DNA of 64,000 nucleotides from an uncultured Alphaproteobacteria bacterium (GTDB lineage Bacteria; Pseudomonadota; Alphaproteobacteria; Rs-D84): NCBI GenBank assembly GCA_944389185.1, contig CALXLL010000004.1, positions 4,830 to 68,829 of the forward strand, read 5' to 3'. Shown piece by piece: positions 61,291 to 64,000 of this stretch (position 1 is its first letter; each line of letters starts with the position of its first letter). The notes under the pieces were generated by a model. It saw only the letters and a program-made list of their open reading frames with translations, ran no database searches and was not told where the DNA came from. The position numbers and the translations under genes were made by a program.

Positions 61291-61494
61291 TTATTTTTTA
61301 GAAGACCAAAATAATGCAAATAACCATCCTATTATGGTCCAAGCAAATACCCAGCTGCCAAATCTAACTATTACCATATCAAGTTTAGTTTTTTTGTTTT
61401 GGCGACATAACCAAGCTGGGGCAAATAGTATCGCAAGCAATATATTTATTGCTATGAAATATTTTAATAATAATATAAAACCTGCTATATCCAT
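61291..61494 (-). CDS. Superinfection-immunity (Imm_superinfect)-like small membrane protein
   Basis: Two TM helices and the C-terminal pattern AWTIIGWLFALFWS (cf. the family motif GWT.iGW..AliWA). ATG 61494 (MDIAGFILL) is preferred. Confidence 0.55.
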   Translation of the reverse strand: MDIAGFILLLKYFIAINILLAILFAPAWLCRQNKKTKLDMVIVRFGSWVFAWTIIGWLFALFWSSKK

Positions 61495-61551
61495 TATATT
61501 TCCTTGTTCTGGGGCTGTTTTTTTTAACAACCTCAGAACACTTTAATGTGA

Positions 61552-62814
61552 TTATATACCATATTTTGCTTTATTTGCCAGTTCTTCTTCAATTCGAATT
61601 AACTGGTTGTATTTCGCCATACGGTCTGTTCTTGACATTGAACCAGTTTTTATTTGACCAGCGTTAGTTGCAACAGCTAAATCTGCAATCGTCGTATCTT
61701 CAGTTTCACCGCTACGATGAGATATTATTACACCATATTTTGCATCTTGAGCCATTTTAATTGCACGTAACGTTTCTGTCAATGTTCCTATCTGATTAAC
61801 TTTTATAAGAATTGCATTAGCTACACCTGACTTTATACCTTTTTCAAGACGGGATGGGTTCGTTACGAATAAATCATCGCCAACTAATTGACATTTGCTT
61901 CCAAGCTTTTCCGTAAGTTTTTTCCATCCGTCCCAATCTTCTTCTGATAAAGCGTCTTCTATTGATATAATAGGATATTCTGATATTAACGATTCATAAA
62001 AAGAAATCATTTCATCAGAAGTTAATTCCTTACCTTCAAAATTATAAATGTTATCTTTGAAGAATTCAGACGAAGCCACGTCAAGACCTATGGATATTTG
62101 TTCGCCAGGTTTATATCCTGATTGGTTAATTGCTTGCATTATTGTGTCCAAAGCTTCGCGACAAGAATTAAAGTTCGGCGCAAAACCACCCTCGTCACCA
62201 ACGTTCGTAGAATTACCTGCTTTTTTTAGTATGGTTTTCAAATTATGAAAAACCTCTGATCCCATACGAATCGCTTCTGTTTCACTGCTTGCCCCGTTCG
62301 GTATTATCATGAATTCTTGTGCGTCTAAACCGTTATCGGCATGTGCGCCACCGTTTATTATATTCATCATAGGACGCGGTAATAAATCTGGATTTTCGTT
62401 CCCGTATATGCTTGCTATGTATTTATACAAAGGCATATTTTTTTGTCTTGTAACAGCATGCGCAGCGGCCAATGATACTGATAAAATAGCGTTTGCACCA
62501 AGCTTTTCTTTGTTTGGCGTCCCATCAAGTTTAAGCATCTTTTCGTCCAATGCTGTTTGGTCAGATGCATCCATATTTAATATTTCTTTTGCTATTATAT
62601 CGTTAACGTTTTTTACTGCGGTTAGAACGCCTTTACCCATATATGCTTTACCGCCATCTCGTAATTCCAGGGCTTCAAAGCTGCCTGTTGATGCGCCAGA
62701 TGGAACAGCTGCACGCCCGCATGCGCCACCGCTTAATTCAATGTCGCATTCAATTGTAGGATTACCGCGGCTGTCCATAATTTGTCTGGCATGAACTTTT
62801 TTTATTGAAAACAT
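61552..62814 (-). CDS. eno: Enolase
   Basis: 420 aa; ARQI.DSRGNPT.E......G....[15 protein letters not shown] and [15 protein letters not shown]. Confidence 0.96.
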   Translation of the reverse strand: MFSIKKVHARQIMDSRGNPTIECDIELSGGACGRAAVPSGASTGSFEALELRDGGKAYMGKGVLTAVKNVNDIIAKEILNMDASDQTALDEKMLKLDGTPNKEKLGANAILSVSLAAAHAVTRQKNMPLYKYIASIYGNENPDLLPRPMMNIINGGAHADNGLDAQEFMIIPNGASSETEAIRMGSEVFHNLKTILKKAGNSTNVGDEGGFAPNFNSCREALDTIMQAINQSGYKPGEQISIGLDVASSEFFKDNIYNFEGKELTSDEMISFYESLISEYPIISIEDALSEEDWDGWKKLTEKLGSKCQLVGDDLFVTNPSRLEKGIKSGVANAILIKVNQIGTLTETLRAIKMAQDAKYGVIISHRSGETEDTTIADLAVATNAGQIKTGSMSRTDRMAKYNQLIRIEEELANKAKYGI

Positions 62815-62890
62815 AATATTTTCTCCTTTTCTGTATTTGTTTTAAATCTTATACTGTGATATAATATATAAAAATATATCGCATAGTAAA

Positions 62891-64000
62891 ATGAAAAAAC
62901 TAAAAATATTTATTTTTTTAGCTTGTTGTGTTTCCGTGGAAGGATGGGCAAACAATATAATAATTAATCCTGACGGTGACGCAGATGTGGTCGTAAATGG
63001 CGGATTAAATATTTCAAGTTCTGATGATACCAACGTGGTCCAAGACGGAACTTCTTTAACTGTTAACGGTGGCCCATTGGATGTTGCTGGTGATATTTAC
63101 GTTGGTAATGGTTTTACAGTTAATGAATTTGGTCAGCTTTGGCTGGATCCGTTGGGTGACGCTTTCAGTTTAAATGTTTCTAATAATAATATAACTTCGG
63201 GCGGTGATCTTTCTATAGCAAATGGGACGAATCTTAATGTCAATGCGAATGCTGTTTCTTTTTCCGGTGATGTTCGTGCTGTCGGTAGTTTGAGCGTTGT
63301 TGCAAATGGCGATTTTTCCGCAAATAATATCACAGCTGATAGTGCTTTGTCTATAACGGCTGCAAATATTACAGCTGATGGATTGATTGACTTAAATGAT
63401 GCGGGTCAGAATTATGTCTTTAATTTTAACGGTGGAACTTTAACGGCTAATTCTATTGAAAATACAGGTGTTTTAAACGTTACTGGTGGAACACTTAATA
63501 TAACAAGTGCTTTTACAAACGAAAGTGGTGCCAGCGCTGATTTTAATCTGACGTCTGGTATGACCGTTGGTGGGGAAGTGGCTTTAAACGGTTTTGCTGA
63601 TATTGAAGTTAATTCTGGTAACTTTAGCTCGGGTAATATAGTTGCAAATAATGGATTGAATTTAACCGCGAATAATATCGACATTAATGGAGTCATAGAT
63701 TTAAATACTTCAGGGCAAAATTATAATTTTACGTTTAAAAACGGTTCTTTAAGCGCAGATAATATTTTAAATGACGGAAACTTGACTGTTAATGGGCAGA
63801 CTGTTGATATAACAGGGGTTATTCAAAATACGGTTGGTGCTTCTTCTTCTTTGGTATTGACTGGTAATTTAACTGCTGGGGGAATAGAAAATAGTGGTTC
63901 TAATATAACAATCAATACTACAGGAACCGTGGATGTGACAGGAACGGTTAAAAACGATTCGGCAACTGGTGATATTTTTATTACGGCAAGTGATTTGACT
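62891..64000 (+). CDS. Secreted beta-helix-type repeat protein (autotransporter-passenger/adhesin-like), 5' 370 codons only
   Basis: Absent from the track (no in-window stop). Hand translation: MKKLKIFIFLACCVSVEGWA|NNIIINPDGDADVVVNGG..., an uninterrupted N/G/T/I/V-rich sequence with ~100-aa repeats (IDLNDAGQNYVFNFNGGTLTANSIEN... / IDLNTSGQNYNFTFKNGSLSADNILN...). Confidence 0.75.
   Translation, partial: MKKLKIFIFLACCVSVEGWANNIIINPDGDADVVVNGGLNISSSDDTNVVQDGTSLTVNGGPLDVAGDIYVGNGFTVNEFGQLWLDPLGDAFSLNVSNNNITSGGDLSIANGTNLNVNANAVSFSGDVRAVGSLSVVANGDFSANNITADSALSITAANITADGLIDLNDAGQNYVFNFNGGTLTANSIENTGVLNVTGGTLNITSAFTNESGASADFNLTSGMTVGGEVALNGFADIEVNSGNFSSGNIVANNGLNLTANNIDINGVIDLNTSGQNYNFTFKNGSLSADNILNDGNLTVNGQTVDITGVIQNTVGASSSLVLTGNLTAGGIENSGSNITINTTGTVDVTGTVKNDSATGDIFITASDLT

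Noticed and set aside
61291-61530. Imm-like gene as evidence of a prophage
   Set aside because: There are no integrase, terminase, capsid or tail genes, and no att-like repeats nearby. A single domesticated gene is insufficient.
63353-63970. Regularly spaced ~300-nt DNA repeats as a possible CRISPR-like or satellite array
   Set aside because: The repeats are in frame within an uninterrupted secreted-protein ORF and diverge at synonymous and non-synonymous sites. They are protein repeats. No short direct-repeat/spacer architecture exists anywhere in the window.

Overview
This is a visibly AT-rich chromosomal window from a Gram-negative bacterium. The backbone is ordinary housekeeping: infA, rpsF-rpsR-rplI, recO, pgk, rnhB, an Slt-type transglycosylase, nrdR, ccrM, clpP-clpX, rpmB, clpB, an MsbA-like exporter, rpsU, polA, pth, rpsB-tsf, tyrS, ctpA, a pyruvate:ferredoxin oxidoreductase, bamE, carD, lptC-lptB, eno and three tRNAs. 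A CcrM-type methyltransferase, CarD/CdnL, nrdR and rpsF-rpsR-rplI without an intervening ssb/priB suggest an alphaproteobacterium. The PFOR suggests an anaerobic or microaerophilic, probably host-associated lifestyle. Both points are inference. The main result is a secreted, cysteine-rich proteome I cannot place in any characterised family. Four paralogous giant proteins share a signal peptide, a polar disordered tract, the signature C-x6-C-M-D-x-F-C-x9-C-x-C-S, a charged helical stretch and reiterated C-x6-C-x4-6-C modules. They lie at 1..1432 (partial), 1908..4100, 4138..6642 and 34294..37467. Two of them end in the same CH[VI]C...CEDI[NQ]M tail. One sits in a co-oriented surface island next to a duplicated-domain lipoprotein and a 766-aa protein with eukaryote-like C-x2-C-P-x-G-[YS] repeats plus a Listeria-Bacteroides repeat. 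Smaller Cys-containing secreted proteins and a membrane-anchored DsbA-like oxidoreductase are also present. Secondary items are a MotA/MotB-like stator pair with a long coiled coil in the B subunit, a ClpB lacking its N domain behind a sigma32-type promoter, and a tRNA-Leu with an apparent A34 (AAG) anticodon. There is also an effector-like islet (kinase-fold, degenerate Fic, Cys-containing LRR-like, orphan ClpP-like), an outer-membrane/S8-protease cluster, and a truncated beta-helical repeat protein at the 3' edge. I saw no CRISPR array, transposase, integrase or rRNA. All calls come from reading the sequence and the ORF track; no database search was run.
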